From Burkholderiales bacterium (GTDB lineage: Bacteria > Pseudomonadota > Gammaproteobacteria > Burkholderiales > JABEVD01): DNA of 64,000 nucleotides. Position 1 is the first letter of the stretch; each line of letters opens with the position of its first letter. The notes under the pieces were generated by a model, which saw only the letters and a program-made list of their open reading frames with translations, ran no database searches and was not told where the DNA came from. The position numbers and the translations under genes are program-made. Positions 25,749 to 37,425 of the stretch are shown one piece after another. Where the stretch lies: the NCBI GenBank assembly GCA_019753155.1, contig JAIELG010000009.1, forward strand, positions 47,744 to 111,743. The letters run 5' to 3'.

Positions 25749-26546
25749 TCAACGCCTTGTTGTTCTCCTGACCTTCGGCCTGGGACGGGACTCGACAGGA
25801 GCGGGAGCGGCATCCAGCCCGGCCCATTTCATGAGGCTGGACACTTCTTCGTCGGAGAGCTCGAGCAACATGCCGCGCTTGACTCGGGAAGGCAGGATGA
25901 TGGGGCCGAACCTCGTCCTGATGAGGCGGCTGACCGTGAGTCCAACTGATTCGAACAGGCGGCGCACCACCCTGTTCCTGCCCTCTTTCAGTATCACCCT
26001 GTACCAGTGATTCGTCCCCTCGCCGCCCTCGTCGGAAAATGCATCGAATTTGGCTATGCCGTCATCGAGCTCGATTCCTGAAGTGAACTGCTTTTCCTGC
26101 TCGGGACTCACGCGCCCCAAAATCCTGACGGAATACTCGCGCTCAACCTCGAAACCCGGATGAGTGAGCCTGTTCGCAAGCTCGCCTGAAGTCGTGAATA
26201 TCAGCAACCCGCTCGTGTTGAAATCGAGCCTGCCTATCGATATCCATTTGGCCGAGCGCATCTTCGGGAGCTTTTCGAACACGGTCGTGCGCTTTTCGGG
26301 GTCGTCATGACTCACGATCTCCCCTTCCGGCTTGTGATAGAGCATGATCCGCGGAAGCCGACTCGTGAACTTGAGCTTGACGATGCGCCCATCGAAGCGA
26401 ATCATGTCTTCCGGCCCGACCCGCATCCCGACTTCAGCCTGGCTTCCGTTCACCATGACGCGCCCGGACAACACCGCTTCCTCCATGGCGCGGCGGGAGC
26501 CGAGTCCGGAATGAGCCAGCATCTTGTGCAGTTTCTGCTTCTCCAT
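25749..26546 (-). CDS. rluB: 23S rRNA pseudouridine synthase, RsuA/RluB family
   Basis: It has an S4 domain (KMLAHSGLGSRRAME..V..GRV.VNG), the catalytic GRLD.NTSGLL, and a basic C-terminal tail. Confidence 0.85.
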   Translation of the reverse strand: MEKQKLHKMLAHSGLGSRRAMEEAVLSGRVMVNGSQAEVGMRVGPEDMIRFDGRIVKLKFTSRLPRIMLYHKPEGEIVSHDDPEKRTTVFEKLPKMRSAKWISIGRLDFNTSGLLIFTTSGELANRLTHPGFEVEREYSVRILGRVSPEQEKQFTSGIELDDGIAKFDAFSDEGGEGTNHWYRVILKEGRNRVVRRLFESVGLTVSRLIRTRFGPIILPSRVKRGMLLELSDEEVSSLMKWAGLDAAPAPVESRPRPKVRRTTRR

Positions 26547-27136
26547 TAAAGCCCCCTGCGCTCGAAGACAGCCTGGGCGAGCGTCCCGCTGTCCACATGT
26601 TCGAGTTCCCCTCCGACCGGAACGCCTCTGGCGATGCGCGAAACGGTGATGCCTTCGCCTCCGAGGAGTTCCCCGATGTAATGCGCAGTCGCCTCACCTT
26701 CGACCGTGAAATTGGTCGCCAGAATCACTTCCTTCACCATTCCGTCGCGCACCCGCTTCAGGAGCCTGTCGAGATGGATTTCCCTGGGCCCTATCCCGTC
26801 GAGCGGCGAAATCCGCCCCATCAGGACGAAGTAAAGCCCCTTGTAACATTGCGCATGCTCCATCATCAGCAGATCCTGGGGCATCTCGACGACGCACAGC
26901 AGAGCCGGGTCGCGGTAGTCGGAACGGCAAAGCCTGCAAAGATCCTCTTCGGTGAAACTGTTACATTTCTCACAATGCTTGAGCCGCTCGATCGAATGGT
27001 TGAGGGCATCGGCAAGCTTCAAAGCCCCTGCATGGTCGTGCTGCAACAGATGGTAAGCCATGCGTTGCGCCGATTTCGGCCCGACTCCGGGAAGGCAGCG
27101 CAGCGAGTCGATCAGTTCTTCCAGGGGTGATTTCAT
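26546..27136 (-). CDS. recR: Recombination protein RecR
   Basis: [13 protein letters not shown], the C4 zinc finger C..C....E...C..C, and a Toprim domain are present. Confidence 0.95.
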   Translation of the reverse strand: MKSPLEELIDSLRCLPGVGPKSAQRMAYHLLQHDHAGALKLADALNHSIERLKHCEKCNSFTEEDLCRLCRSDYRDPALLCVVEMPQDLLMMEHAQCYKGLYFVLMGRISPLDGIGPREIHLDRLLKRVRDGMVKEVILATNFTVEGEATAHYIGELLGGEGITVSRIARGVPVGGELEHVDSGTLAQAVFERRGL

Positions 27137-27139
27137 CGA

Positions 27140-27454
27140 TCAGAAGGGCAGCTTGAAGCCGGGCGGCATGCCCAACCCGCCCATTTTCTCCTGGATCGCC
27201 ACATCCACCCGCCTGTTCGCATCGTTGATCGCAGCCGCGACCAGATCTTCGAGCATGTCCCTGTCGTCCGTCATGAGCGAAGGATCGATGGACACGCGCT
27301 TCACGGCATGGTGACAGGTCATGACCACCTTGACGAGTCCGGCCCCTGACTGCCCTTCCACTTCGACATTGCCAAGCTCCTCCTGCATGGCCTTCATCTT
27401 CTCCTGCATCTGTTGAGCCTGCTTCATCATGTTGGCCAAGCCGCCTTTCATCAT
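27140..27454 (-). CDS. ybaB: Nucleoid-associated protein YbaB/EbfC
   Basis: [24 protein letters not shown]...G.SGAGLVKV... is present, and the gene lies between dnaX and recR. Confidence 0.95.
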   Translation of the reverse strand: MMKGGLANMMKQAQQMQEKMKAMQEELGNVEVEGQSGAGLVKVVMTCHHAVKRVSIDPSLMTDDRDMLEDLVAAAINDANRRVDVAIQEKMGGLGMPPGFKLPF

Positions 27455-27465
27455 AGCTGTTCTCC

Positions 27466-29022
27466 TTAAATCGGTTTAATCGAAGATTCAATCAGTTTCG
27501 CGTCGAAATTGTCCACCAGATTGCGCACCACGGGATCCTGCTCGATCGAAGCAACGGCTTCCAGTTGTCGCTCCTGCTTCTGGTCGCGCTCGATCCTGGC
27601 CGGCGTCACCCCTTCCCCGATGGAGAAATCGATCTGCACGGAACGCCCGAAAAATTCGCAGACAGCGGCCCTCAGCCTGTCCTGGTAGCTCTTTTCCATC
27701 AGGTGCTTGTGCTCGGGGGGAACGGAGAACCGGATTGTCTCCCCGTCGAAATGCTTCAATGCGCAATGCTGGGCGAGCATCTTCGTCATGCCCGAGAGAC
27801 CGAGCTCCCCCGCCATGGCGACCCAGTCGAAGACGGACGCATCCTTGCCCGCAGGCGCGGTTTTTTCAGGCAGGGGCGCGGAATTCGCTGCCACAGGCAC
27901 TGTTTCAACCGCCTGTTTCACCGCCTCGCGCCGCGCGCCTGCCGGCATGAACGCCAGCATCCTGATAAGGGTCATGGAAAAGCCGGAAAATTCATCAGGG
28001 GCAAGTCCGATTTCCTCCCTGCCATGCACCGATATCTGGTAAAGGAGTTGCACGTCCTCGGGATCGAATTTCCCCGCAAGATCGAAAATACGTTCGCGCT
28101 CGAGCATATCCTCGCCGATCGCATCGGGCACGATCTGGGCAAGCGCGATCCGGTGAAGCAGCGCGCCCAGATCCTGGAGCGCAACTTCGAATTCGAGACT
28201 GCGCGCTTCCATGCTTTCCGCGACCGCCATGAGCCTCACGCCGTCTTTTGCAGCCAGCGCATCCAGTATGGCGTACAGGTAATCCTGATCGATCGCGCCG
28301 AGCATGTTCCTGACCATTTCATCTTCCACGCGCCCGCCCGAATAGGCGATCGCCTGGTCCAGGAGACTCAGGGCGTCGCGCATGCTCCCCCTGGCAGCGC
28401 GGGCTATCCTTTGCAGGGCGTGGACTTCGCCGGCAATGCCCTCGTCATGGAGAACCCTGGCAAGGTGCGCCTGAATCAGGGGTTCGGGGATCTGCTTGAG
28501 ATTGAACTGGAGGCAGCGCGAAAGCACCGTGACCGGGATCTTCTGGGGATCGGTAGTCGCCAGGATGAATTTCACATGTTCGGGCGGCTCTTCGAGTGTT
28601 TTCAGCATCGAATTGAAAGCCTTGGTGGAGAGCATGTGGACTTCGTCGATGATGTACACCTTGAAGCGCCCGGAAGTCGGCAAGTATTGCGCGTTGTCCA
28701 GCACTTCGCGCATGTTGTCTATGCCGGTATTCGAAGCCGCATCGAGTTCGAGCAGGTCGACGAAGCGCCCGCTGTCGATTTCAAGGCATGCAGCGCATTT
28801 GCCGCATGGGGTCGAGGTGATCCCCTGTTCGCAATTGAGCGCCTTGGCGAGTATGCGCGCGACGGTGGTTTTCCCTACGCCTCTCGTTCCGGTAAACAGA
28901 TAGGCATGGTGCAGGCGCTGCTGATCGAGGGCATTGGTGAGCGCCTTGACCACATGCTCCTGCCCGGTCAGTTCGGAAAAACTTTTGGGCCGCCACTTTC
29001 GGGCCAGTACCTGGGTAGTCAC
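27466..29022 (-). CDS. dnaX: DNA polymerase III subunits gamma/tau
   Basis: LARKWRP..F.EL.GQEHV...L..AL...[16 protein letters not shown] and the zinc module CG.C..C are present. Confidence 0.95.
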   Translation of the reverse strand: MTTQVLARKWRPKSFSELTGQEHVVKALTNALDQQRLHHAYLFTGTRGVGKTTVARILAKALNCEQGITSTPCGKCAACLEIDSGRFVDLLELDAASNTGIDNMREVLDNAQYLPTSGRFKVYIIDEVHMLSTKAFNSMLKTLEEPPEHVKFILATTDPQKIPVTVLSRCLQFNLKQIPEPLIQAHLARVLHDEGIAGEVHALQRIARAARGSMRDALSLLDQAIAYSGGRVEDEMVRNMLGAIDQDYLYAILDALAAKDGVRLMAVAESMEARSLEFEVALQDLGALLHRIALAQIVPDAIGEDMLERERIFDLAGKFDPEDVQLLYQISVHGREEIGLAPDEFSGFSMTLIRMLAFMPAGARREAVKQAVETVPVAANSAPLPEKTAPAGKDASVFDWVAMAGELGLSGMTKMLAQHCALKHFDGETIRFSVPPEHKHLMEKSYQDRLRAAVCEFFGRSVQIDFSIGEGVTPARIERDQKQERQLEAVASIEQDPVVRNLVDNFDAKLIESSIKPI

Positions 29023-29550
29023 TTAAAAATGATATTCGAAACGGATCTCGTTGAAATTGATGCCCTGGTTCGGTTTCCTGATGCCGCCGTTGGAGAGGTG
29101 CTGGAAACGGTAACCGAGATCGTATTCGCCCTTATCCCCGAAACGGACTCCGGCGCCGACATGATCCCCGAACTGGAATGACGAACCGAACTTCCTGTTC
29201 GCATAAATATGGGTCGGCGAAATCAGGTGGAAGCCGACCGCGGCTTCGACATAGGGGGAAATGCCTGAAGCGCTGTCGCGCTCGTACCTGAACACGGGGG
29301 TAATGCCGAAATCGGTGATGCGCTGGTTGTCGCCTATGGCGGACTTGCCGCGCCAGCTTCCGACGGAAGCTTCCCAGTAGCCGCCGAGATGCCAGGCGCC
29401 GGCCTCGAACCATCTGCTCTGCCAGTCCCACTGCAGAGCTGCGAGCATCATGTCCGCGGAATTACCGTTTCCCGCCTCGACGGATACGCCGTCCACGGCA
29501 AAGGCCGACATCGGAAAAAGCAGGGAAAACAGTGTAAGCAATTTTTTCAT
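29023..29550 (-). CDS. PagL-like lipid A 3-O-deacylase / acyloxyacyl hydrolase outer-membrane barrel
   Basis: It has a signal peptide (MKKLLTLFSLLFPMSAFA), the FQHLSNGG (H.SNG) motif and a terminal ...RFEYHF. I chose the internal start at 29550 rather than the ORF-track 29805. Confidence 0.7.
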   Translation of the reverse strand: MKKLLTLFSLLFPMSAFAVDGVSVEAGNGNSADMMLAALQWDWQSRWFEAGAWHLGGYWEASVGSWRGKSAIGDNQRITDFGITPVFRYERDSASGISPYVEAAVGFHLISPTHIYANRKFGSSFQFGDHVGAGVRFGDKGEYDLGYRFQHLSNGGIRKPNQGINFNEIRFEYHF

Positions 29551-29566
29551 AAGCGTTCCGGAATGA

Positions 29567-29668
29567 GGGCGGCGAGCCCGACCCCCGGCACTTGCATAGA
29601 GTGGCTGTGGCTGCTTCCTTCCGGACCTGACCAGGTTCACCACCGTACAATGCGGGGAGACCCGCCAT
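29567..29668 (-). ncRNA. ffs: Signal recognition particle RNA (4.5S, ffs)
   Basis: The reverse complement contains the conserved domain IV core CCTGGTCAGGTCCGGAAGGAAGCAGCC. It is flanked by complementary GGCGGGTCTCCCCG... and ...CGGGGGTCGGGCTCGCC ends. An extended -10 (TGGTATAAT, 29678-29686 on the minus strand) sits just upstream. The ends are approximate. Confidence 0.8.
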
Positions 29669-29820
29669 AACGATCGGATTATACCAAATTTTCGCCGCTG
29701 CGCCGGGCCTTCTCGATGCTCCGGTTTTCCGGCCAGCCCTTGCCCGAAATCACCATTCCCGTCATCAGGCGGCATTATCAAACAATCGGTTCGCAAGCGA
29801 ATCAATCGAAAGGCTGATTT

Positions 29821-31302
29821 TCAGAAGGGCTTCCTGCGCCAGAGAAGCGGGCCTGTCCTGTGTATGGATTCCCCTGCCGCATCGACCGCGACCGTGACCG
29901 GCATGTCTTCTATCTCGAATTCGTAAATCGCTTCCATCCCCAGATCCCCAAAGGCCGCGACCTTCGCCTTTTTGATCGCGCGCGAAACGAGATAGGCGGC
30001 CCCTCCCACTGCGACGAGATAAACGGCGCTGTGTTTTTTTATCGAGGCTATCGCGTCAGGGCCGCGCTCCGCCTTCCCTATCATGCCGACAAGTCCCGCA
30101 TCCAGCATCATGTCGGTATAGGCGTCCATCCTGGTCGAGGTAGTGGGGCCTGCAGGCCCCACTACCTCCCCTTTCACGGGATCGACAGGCCCGACGTAAT
30201 AGATGAAGCGCCCTTCGAAATCGACGGGGAGCGCTTCCCCTCTCGACTTCATCTCGGCGATACGCCTGTGCGCGGCATCGCGTCCGGTGAGGAGTTTTCC
30301 AGAAAGAAGCAGCTTTTCCCCCGGTTTCCATGACGCGATTTCGGCTTTCGTGATGGCATCGAGATTCACCCGCCTGGAGGAAAAGTCCGCGCGCCATTCG
30401 ATATCCGGCCAGTCCTTCGGAACCGGAAGATGCACGGGACCGCTGCCGTCGAGAAAAAAATGAGCATGCCTGGTCGCCGCGCAGTTCGGAATCACCGCAA
30501 CCGGGAGGGAGGCGGCATGGGTGGGATAATCCCGTATCCTGACATCCAGCACCGTGGCAAGCCCGCCCAGGCCCTGAGCGCCGATCCCCAGGACGTTGAC
30601 CGCATCGAAGATCTCGATGCGCATTTCCTCGAGCCTGTTTTTCGGACCTCTCGCCTTCAGTTCGGTCATGTCCACGGACTCGAAGAGCGCTTCCTTGGCA
30701 AGCAGCACCGCTTTTTCCGCAGTGCCGCCTATGCCTATGCCCAGCATTCCCGGCGGGCACCACCCAGCGCCCATTTCCTCCACCGCACCCACCACCCATT
30801 GCACGATATCACCGCCGGGGTTGAGCATGGCCAGCTTCGCCTTGTTCTCCGATCCGCCTCCCTTTGCCGCGATTCTCACTTCGACCCCGTTTCCGGGCAC
30901 GACTTCCATATGAATCACGGCTGGCGTATTGTCTCCCGTATTTTTTCTCGCTCCGGCGGGATCGGAAACCATGGAAGCGCGCAATGTATTTTCAGGGTCA
31001 AGATAGGCTCGCCTCACCGCCTCGTTCACCATGTCCGCGACGCTGTTTCTCGCATCCCATGCGACATCCATGCCTATTTTCAGGAAAACCACGACGATGC
31101 CGGTATCCTGGCAGATGGGCCTGTGATGCTCGGCGCAGAGTCTGGAGTTGGTGAGAATCTGGGCTATCGCGTCCTTCGCAGCCGGGGATTCCTCCAGGAA
31201 AAAGGCTTTCCCCATGGCATCGATGAAGTCAGGGGTATGGTAATAGGAGATATGCTGGAGCGCGAAAGAGATGCTTTCGACGAAATCTGCTTCCCTGATC
31301 AT
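29821..31302 (-). CDS. Class I (Fe-S) fumarate hydratase
   Basis: 493 aa. ...[15 protein letters not shown]... is present, with fused alpha and beta domains of the tartrate/fumarate hydratase family. Confidence 0.9.
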   Translation of the reverse strand: MIREADFVESISFALQHISYYHTPDFIDAMGKAFFLEESPAAKDAIAQILTNSRLCAEHHRPICQDTGIVVVFLKIGMDVAWDARNSVADMVNEAVRRAYLDPENTLRASMVSDPAGARKNTGDNTPAVIHMEVVPGNGVEVRIAAKGGGSENKAKLAMLNPGGDIVQWVVGAVEEMGAGWCPPGMLGIGIGGTAEKAVLLAKEALFESVDMTELKARGPKNRLEEMRIEIFDAVNVLGIGAQGLGGLATVLDVRIRDYPTHAASLPVAVIPNCAATRHAHFFLDGSGPVHLPVPKDWPDIEWRADFSSRRVNLDAITKAEIASWKPGEKLLLSGKLLTGRDAAHRRIAEMKSRGEALPVDFEGRFIYYVGPVDPVKGEVVGPAGPTTSTRMDAYTDMMLDAGLVGMIGKAERGPDAIASIKKHSAVYLVAVGGAAYLVSRAIKKAKVAAFGDLGMEAIYEFEIEDMPVTVAVDAAGESIHRTGPLLWRRKPF

Positions 31303-31405
31303 GTTCCGTCCTGAAATGGATTATGCCTTGCATTATAATCTCATGAAGACTCCGGACAAGACGCACCTGCTCCTGGGCTTGTCGACCAACAAGATGGAGA
31401 AAAGA

Positions 31406-33370
31406 ATGGCCACGATCGAATCCGTAATGCATGAAACCCGCGTTTTCCCGCCCAGCGCAGCGTTTTCCGAAAACGCGAACATTCCCGGAATGGATGCCTA
31501 TCTCGATCTCTGCGCGCAGGCCGAAGCCGATTACGAGGGGTTCTGGGGAAAACTCGCACGGGAGACGATCCTGTGGAAAAAGCCTTTCACCCATGTGCTG
31601 GATGAATCGAATGCCCCGTTCTACAAGTGGTTCGAAGACGGGGAACTCAACGTTTCCTACAACTGCCTCGACCGCCATCTCGAAAGCCGGGCGGAGAAAA
31701 CCGCCATCATTTTCGAAGCCGACGATGGGACAGTCACCGAAATTTCATACCGGGAACTCCATGTCGATGTATGCAAAATGGCAAACGGCCTGAAATCCAT
31801 AGGCATCGAAAAAGGGGACCGGGTCGTCGTCTACATGCCGATGAGCATCGAAGCTGTGGTCGCAATGCAGGCCTGCGCCAGGATAGGGGCAATCCATTCG
31901 GTCGTTTTCGGGGGGTTCTCGGCAAAAAGCCTGCATGAACGCATCGTGGATGCGGGAGCGAGCGCAGTGATCACTGCGGATGCCGGAATGAGGGGAGGGC
32001 GCGCCGTTCATCTCAAGGATGCCGTGGACGAAGCATTGGCAATCGGCTGCGATACGGTTCGAAAGGTGGTCGTCTACAGACGCGCCGGAACCGAAGTTTT
32101 CTGGACGAATGGGCGCGACATCTGGTGGGAGGATCTCGTCTCGAGCCAGGGCGAATATTGCGAGCCGGAATGGGTCGGCGCGGAGCATCCCCTCTTCATC
32201 CTCTACACCTCGGGTTCGACCGGGAAACCCAAAGGAGTGCAGCATTCCACGGGCGGCTACCTGCTCGGTGCGATGCTTTCCATGAAATGGGTATTCGATC
32301 ACAGGGATACCGACGTGTTCTGGTGCACGGCGGACGTGGGCTGGATCACGGGGCACTCCTATGTCGCTTACGGGCCGCTCGCAGTCGGCTCGACCCAGCT
32401 CATTTTCGAGGGCGTGCCGACCTATCCCGATGCGGGCCGCTTCTGGAAGATCATCCAGGATCACAAGGTCACGATCTTCTACACCGCGCCCACCGCGATA
32501 AGATCCCTCATCAAGCTGGGAGCGGACCTGCCCAAATCCTACGACCTGTCCTCCCTCAGGCTCCTGGGTTCGGTCGGGGAACCCATCAATCCCGAAGCCT
32601 GGATGTGGTATTACGAAACCGTGGGGCAAAGCCGCTGCCCGCTCGTCGACACCTGGTGGCAGACCGAGACGGGCAGCCATATGATCGCCCCCTTGCCCGG
32701 AGCCGCGATCCTGAAGCCCGGCTCCTGCACTTATCCCCTTCCCGGCATACGGGCCGCCATCGTGGATGAGGCGGGGCACGATGTGGATGCCGGCAAGGGC
32801 GGATTTCTCGTCATCAAGCGCCCCTTCCCTTCTCAACTCAGAACGCTCTGGAACGATCCGGAAAGATACAGGCACGCCTATTTCCCGGAAGAGATGGGCG
32901 GGAAATATTACCTCTCGGGAGACTCGGCCAACTGCGACGCGAACGGCTATTTCTGGATCATGGGCAGGATAGACGACGTGCTCAACGTCTCGGGACATCG
33001 TTTGGGGACCATGGAAATCGAATCCGCACTGGTTGCCAACCCGCTCGTCGCCGAAGCCGCCGTGGTCGGAAAACCGCATGAAATCAAGGGTGAGGCCATA
33101 GTCGCCTTTGTCGTGCTCAAAGGCATGCGTCCGGAAGGAGAAAAGGCGAAGGAAATCGCGGCATCATTGCGCGAATGGGTGGGAAGCGAAATCGGCCCCA
33201 TAGCGAAACCCGAGGATATCCGCTTCGGCGAAAACCTGCCCAAGACCCGCTCGGGAAAGATCATGAGGCGGCTCTTGCGCACGCTCGCCCGCGGCGAGGA
33301 AATCACCCAGGATGTCTCCACTTTGGAAAATCCAGCCATCCTTGAACAACTCAAGGAAGCCATCCGATAA
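31406..33370 (+). CDS. acs: Acetyl-CoA synthetase
   Basis: [19 protein letters not shown] and ...[12 protein letters not shown] are present. The ATG at 31406 has GGAG upstream; an alternative ATG is at 31394. Confidence 0.95.
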   Translation: MATIESVMHETRVFPPSAAFSENANIPGMDAYLDLCAQAEADYEGFWGKLARETILWKKPFTHVLDESNAPFYKWFEDGELNVSYNCLDRHLESRAEKTAIIFEADDGTVTEISYRELHVDVCKMANGLKSIGIEKGDRVVVYMPMSIEAVVAMQACARIGAIHSVVFGGFSAKSLHERIVDAGASAVITADAGMRGGRAVHLKDAVDEALAIGCDTVRKVVVYRRAGTEVFWTNGRDIWWEDLVSSQGEYCEPEWVGAEHPLFILYTSGSTGKPKGVQHSTGGYLLGAMLSMKWVFDHRDTDVFWCTADVGWITGHSYVAYGPLAVGSTQLIFEGVPTYPDAGRFWKIIQDHKVTIFYTAPTAIRSLIKLGADLPKSYDLSSLRLLGSVGEPINPEAWMWYYETVGQSRCPLVDTWWQTETGSHMIAPLPGAAILKPGSCTYPLPGIRAAIVDEAGHDVDAGKGGFLVIKRPFPSQLRTLWNDPERYRHAYFPEEMGGKYYLSGDSANCDANGYFWIMGRIDDVLNVSGHRLGTMEIESALVANPLVAEAAVVGKPHEIKGEAIVAFVVLKGMRPEGEKAKEIAASLREWVGSEIGPIAKPEDIRFGENLPKTRSGKIMRRLLRTLARGEEITQDVSTLENPAILEQLKEAIR

Positions 33371-33388
33371 CCGTCACGGCAATTGCAG

Positions 33389-33664
33389 ATGCCCGAAAAG
33401 ACATTCCTTATCCTCCTCGGTTTGATCGTCTCGGCCTGTTCCTTCGACAAAGGCAGCGTCGAGGAAACGCAAAAGGCGATCGCCTATTTGCGCAATGACC
33501 CGACCGCTTCGAGCACGGATGGCATGACATTCGGCGATCCAGGCTACTGGCATGCGCAATGCAAAGCCGGAACAGATCTCTGGAAGGCGGCGATTGCAGC
33601 CTGCGATGAAGACGGGCGACACCCTCCTGTGTGCGAAATCATCAGAAGTCCAGGCTGCCCCTGA
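33389..33664 (+). CDS. Small putative lipoprotein
   Basis: It has a signal peptide with lipobox LIVSAC and four further Cys. No family is recognised. Confidence 0.5.
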   Translation: MPEKTFLILLGLIVSACSFDKGSVEETQKAIAYLRNDPTASSTDGMTFGDPGYWHAQCKAGTDLWKAAIAACDEDGRHPPVCEIIRSPGCP

Positions 33665-34052
33665 CGCAAAAAACGAGCCTGGCTTCGAGATTCGCTTCCC
33701 CGACCACGATCGCGTTCTGCCCGAATTCGCGCCCGACGAGGATCGCGTCCGCCTCCGTCATTCCCGAAACGAGCACGCTCTCCTCGGCTATCCATCCTTC
33801 TTCGTCCGGCACTCCGATTCCCGGATGAAATGCGTACCCCATGCACCCAAGTTTTTCGATCAATGCCTGGTGCCGCTCGGGGTTATCATCGGAGCGCCGG
33901 GATGCCGGATTGCATGCCGAAACGAACGCCCAGGGCGCGATGGCGTCCAGCCTCGCATGCTTCATCCCTATCCTGATGTCCACCATTTCCCCACGGATGA
34001 AAGCGCGGTAAGTCGTGTTGTGGTATGCACGTAGAAGATCCTTTTTTATCAA
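33642..34052 (-). CDS. DUF3293-like protein
   Basis: ...AY..T.Y........I..G.........WAFVSACNP.S.....N..R...L...L....G....G.......W.EES.LV.G.....A...GREFGQNAIV. The assignment is from memory of the family. Confidence 0.65.
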   Translation of the reverse strand: MIKKDLLRAYHNTTYRAFIRGEMVDIRIGMKHARLDAIAPWAFVSACNPASRRSDDNPERHQALIEKLGCMGYAFHPGIGVPDEEGWIAEESVLVSGMTEADAILVGREFGQNAIVVGEANLEARLVFCVRGSLDF

Positions 34053-34645
34053 CGCTTTCTCGCAACGAGATCGATGAGCGCGGAGCGTCCGCTGTGCCCC
34101 GCCCCCTCTTCCACGACGGAATCAAACGCTTCCAGATGCAGGATATCGAAATCCGAAAAAGCTTCCCTCAGGAGTTCCTCTGTATAGAGATTCTCGATCT
34201 GGGAAGGCCCCCCGGTTTTGTATTCGAGCTGTCTGGGCGTATAGCCTTCCAGGATCAGCAAACCTCCGGATTTGAGCGCAGCTTTCATGTCCCCGAACAT
34301 TTTTTTACGCGCCAGCGGTCCCGTGAACTGGATAAAAATCGCCACGATCGCATCGAAGCGCTCGACGCCCCAATCCCACGCGGTGAGATCCGCGATCTCG
34401 AACCTGACAGGAAGCCCGCCGGCGAGCTTTCTTGCCTTTTCCTGCGCCACCCCGGAAAAATCGACCGAAAGCACATCCAACCCCTGCGAAGCGAGCCAGA
34501 CGCCGTTCCTGCCCTCTCCGTCCGCAACTGCGAGTACATGCTGCCCCGGCTCGAACAGCGCCTTTTGCGATGCCAGAAAAGCATTGGGCTCGGTTCCGAA
34601 CAGGTAAAGATCGCCGTTATATCGTGTATCCCAGAATTCGCGCAT
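34049..34645 (-). CDS. Class I SAM-dependent methyltransferase
   Basis: FWD.RY... and the VLAVADGEGRNGVWLA..G (motif I) are present. I chose the internal ATG at 34645, which has GGAGGAA upstream. Confidence 0.8.
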   Translation of the reverse strand: MREFWDTRYNGDLYLFGTEPNAFLASQKALFEPGQHVLAVADGEGRNGVWLASQGLDVLSVDFSGVAQEKARKLAGGLPVRFEIADLTAWDWGVERFDAIVAIFIQFTGPLARKKMFGDMKAALKSGGLLILEGYTPRQLEYKTGGPSQIENLYTEELLREAFSDFDILHLEAFDSVVEEGAGHSGRSALIDLVARKR

Positions 34646-34694
34646 ATTTCCTCCAGTTTTCAATATTATGCCAATTCCCATGTAAAATTCGCTC

Positions 34695-36392
34695 ATGGGA
34701 TCCATAAAAATATTGCCCGACCTCCTCGTGAGCCAGATCGCCGCAGGCGAAGTGGTCGAGCGCCCCGCATCCGCGCTCAAGGAATTGCTCGAAAACAGCA
34801 TCGATTCCGGGGCGACCGAAATCTCCGTCCATTTGCACGAGGGGGGGACGAAGCTGATACGCGTAGTCGACAACGGCTCGGGCATCGACAGGAACGAATT
34901 GAATCTCGCCCTGACGCGGCATGCCACGAGCAAAATCGCAACGCTGGAAGAACTCCATAAAGTCGGGAGCCTGGGCTTCAGGGGAGAAGCGCTCGCCAGC
35001 ATTGCGGCCGTTTCCAGGCTCGAACTCGTCAGCCGGAAAAAAGACCAGGATCACGGCTGGAAAATCGACTCGGAGAGCGGGAAGACGCTGCCCAGCGCAG
35101 GCGGTTTCGGGACATCCGTCGAGGTTGCGGATATTTATTTCAATACGCCGGCCCGGCGCAAATTCCTGAAATCCGCCTCCACCGAATACGCCCATTGCGC
35201 GGAAGTGTTCAAGCGCATCGCGCTTTCCTCTCCGCAGGTCGCATTCACCCTCCAGCACAACGGAAAGGCGCAATGGCAATTGAAGGCATCCAGCCTGGAA
35301 GGGCGCATTTCGGACATCCTGGGGGAGGAATTCGGCAAGGCAGCCTTTCTTCTCGAAGAGGATTCGTCCGGGCTGGCCATCAGGGGCGCGGCGGCGAAAC
35401 CCGCTTATGCGGCATCCACCAGGGAAGACCAGTATTTTTTCGTCAACGGGCGCTTCGTCAGGGACAAACTTCTGAGTCATGCCGTCAGACAGGCTTACCA
35501 GGATGTGCTGCACCACCAGATGCATCCCGCATTCGCCCTTTTCCTCGCGATCGAACCGGGCGAAATCGATGTCAATGTTCATCCCGCAAAAACTGAAATC
35601 CGTTTCAGGGAATCGCGCGCAATCCACCAGTTCGTGTTCCATGCGCTCGAAAAAGGGCTCTCTCCGCCTGCGGCCAGGCCGTCCTTTTCTCCTGCCCGCG
35701 CGGAGCATGCCTATAACCCGGTCCAGCATAAAATAGACTGGGGCGTGGCGCAGCCCAGCGATTTTTACGAAAAATTCATGGAAAAGCCCGAAGCTTCCCA
35801 CGAACCCGCAGAAGAATTTCCGCTCGGCTTCGCAATCGGGCAGCTTTCCGGAATTTACATCCTGGCGCAAAACGGCGAAGGATTGGTGGTCGTCGACATG
35901 CATGCCGCGCACGAGCGCATCGTGTATGAAAAGCTGAAATCGGGCAATCGCCAGTTCGCCATGCAGCCGCTCCTGATCCCTGCCACATTCATTCCCACGC
36001 CGCTCGAAGCCGAAACGGCGCTGGGCAACCAGGCATTGCTCTCCGAGATGGGCTTCGACATTTCATCCCTGTCTCCGACAACGCTCGTTGTTCGCGCCAT
36101 TCCCGCACTCCTGAAAGGAGCCGATGCGGCAGCGCTTGCCCGCGCCGTTCTGCGCGACATGGGGGAATTCGGAGGAAGCCGCTCCGTCACCGAAAGGCGC
36201 AACGAATTGCTCGCAACAATGGCCTGTCATGGAGCAGTGCGCGCGAAGCGCATGCTCACTCTCGCGGAAATGAATGCATTGCTGAGGGAGATGGAAGCGA
36301 CAGAGCGATCCGGCCAATGCAACCATGGTCGCCCGACCTGGTTCCAGCTTCCACTTTCCGATCTCGACAAGATGTTCATGCGGGGAAAATGA
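34695..36392 (+). CDS. mutL: DNA mismatch repair protein MutL
   Basis: I..LP..L..QIAAGEVVERPAS..KEL.ENS.D.GA..I.V and the C-terminal ...CNHGRPTW are present. Confidence 0.95.
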   Translation: MGSIKILPDLLVSQIAAGEVVERPASALKELLENSIDSGATEISVHLHEGGTKLIRVVDNGSGIDRNELNLALTRHATSKIATLEELHKVGSLGFRGEALASIAAVSRLELVSRKKDQDHGWKIDSESGKTLPSAGGFGTSVEVADIYFNTPARRKFLKSASTEYAHCAEVFKRIALSSPQVAFTLQHNGKAQWQLKASSLEGRISDILGEEFGKAAFLLEEDSSGLAIRGAAAKPAYAASTREDQYFFVNGRFVRDKLLSHAVRQAYQDVLHHQMHPAFALFLAIEPGEIDVNVHPAKTEIRFRESRAIHQFVFHALEKGLSPPAARPSFSPARAEHAYNPVQHKIDWGVAQPSDFYEKFMEKPEASHEPAEEFPLGFAIGQLSGIYILAQNGEGLVVVDMHAAHERIVYEKLKSGNRQFAMQPLLIPATFIPTPLEAETALGNQALLSEMGFDISSLSPTTLVVRAIPALLKGADAAALARAVLRDMGEFGGSRSVTERRNELLATMACHGAVRAKRMLTLAEMNALLREMEATERSGQCNHGRPTWFQLPLSDLDKMFMRGK

Positions 36393-37312
36393 AGCCGATT
36401 TTACTGATGGGGCCGACCGCGAGCGGCAAAACGGCCGTCGCAACGGAACTCGCGCAACATTTCCCTTTCGAGATCGTCAGCGTGGATTCCGCCATGGTGT
36501 TTCGCCACATGGACATCGGCACTGCGAAGCCCGACAGGGGAACCCTCTCCGTGGCGCCTCATCATCTGATCGACATCATCGATCCGACAGAGCGCTATTC
36601 TGCCGGACGGTTCCAGAGCGATGCGGCAAAAATCATGTCCGAAATCATCGAACGGGGAAAAATCCCGCTCCTTGTCGGCGGCACGATGCTCTATTTCAAG
36701 GCGCTCGCCGAAGGGCTGAATGCGCTTCCCAAGGCCGACATGGTTATCCGGGCGCAGCTCGACGGGAAAGCGAAGCGCCTGGGCTGGCCCGAACTCCATC
36801 GCGAACTTGCAATGATAGACCCGTCCACGGCAAGCCGCCTGGAGCCGACAGATTCACAGAGAATCCAGCGCGCACTCGAAATCTGGCTGATCTCGGGAAA
36901 ACCCATGTCCGAACTTTTGATGCACGAAAAGGAAGTCCCGCGCTACGACTATATTCGCATCGCCCTGATCCCGTCCGAAAGATCCGTGTTGCACCAGCGC
37001 ATAGCCATGCGTTTCGAATCGATGCTGCAGGCGGGCCTCATCGATGAAACGGAAGCGCTCAGGAAAAAATTCGAACTCGACCTGTCCATGCCGTCCATGC
37101 GGACAGTGGGATACCGCCAGGCATGGCAATATCTCGACGGCGAATTCGGAAGAGGGGAACTGATCGAGAAAGGCGTGGCCGCGACCAGGCAACTCGCGAA
37201 AAGGCAGTTGACCTGGTTGAGGAGCATGGAAAACGTAAAACACTTCGATTGCATCGATCCTCATATGGGTCGCAATGTGAAGATTTTTTTACGCGAGGCT
37301 TTTGATCGATAA
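36389..37312 (+). CDS. miaA: tRNA dimethylallyltransferase
   Basis: LMGPTASGKT..A..LA......EI.S.DSA.V...MDIGTAKP is present. The start shares an ATGA overlap with the mutL stop. Confidence 0.95.
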   Translation: MKPILLMGPTASGKTAVATELAQHFPFEIVSVDSAMVFRHMDIGTAKPDRGTLSVAPHHLIDIIDPTERYSAGRFQSDAAKIMSEIIERGKIPLLVGGTMLYFKALAEGLNALPKADMVIRAQLDGKAKRLGWPELHRELAMIDPSTASRLEPTDSQRIQRALEIWLISGKPMSELLMHEKEVPRYDYIRIALIPSERSVLHQRIAMRFESMLQAGLIDETEALRKKFELDLSMPSMRTVGYRQAWQYLDGEFGRGELIEKGVAATRQLAKRQLTWLRSMENVKHFDCIDPHMGRNVKIFLREAFDR

Positions 37313-37425
37313 AAGTATTGCCTTTTCAACGAGCAGCCATTAGTATTCAGGGTGGGCGGTAACGAATGCAGCTATATGAACTGCTCGTTCGAAAGCAGTG
37401 GTTAATTAAGGGGGGTCAATTGGAC

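Noticed and set aside
27859-27867. An A6 run (GAA AAA ACC) in dnaX at codon ~386, considered as a programmed -1 frameshift site producing a gamma subunit as in E. coli.
   Set aside because: The heptamer is not a proper X XXY YYZ slippery site in the zero frame. The -1 frame stays open for about 100 codons instead of stopping promptly. I saw no obvious downstream stem-loop.
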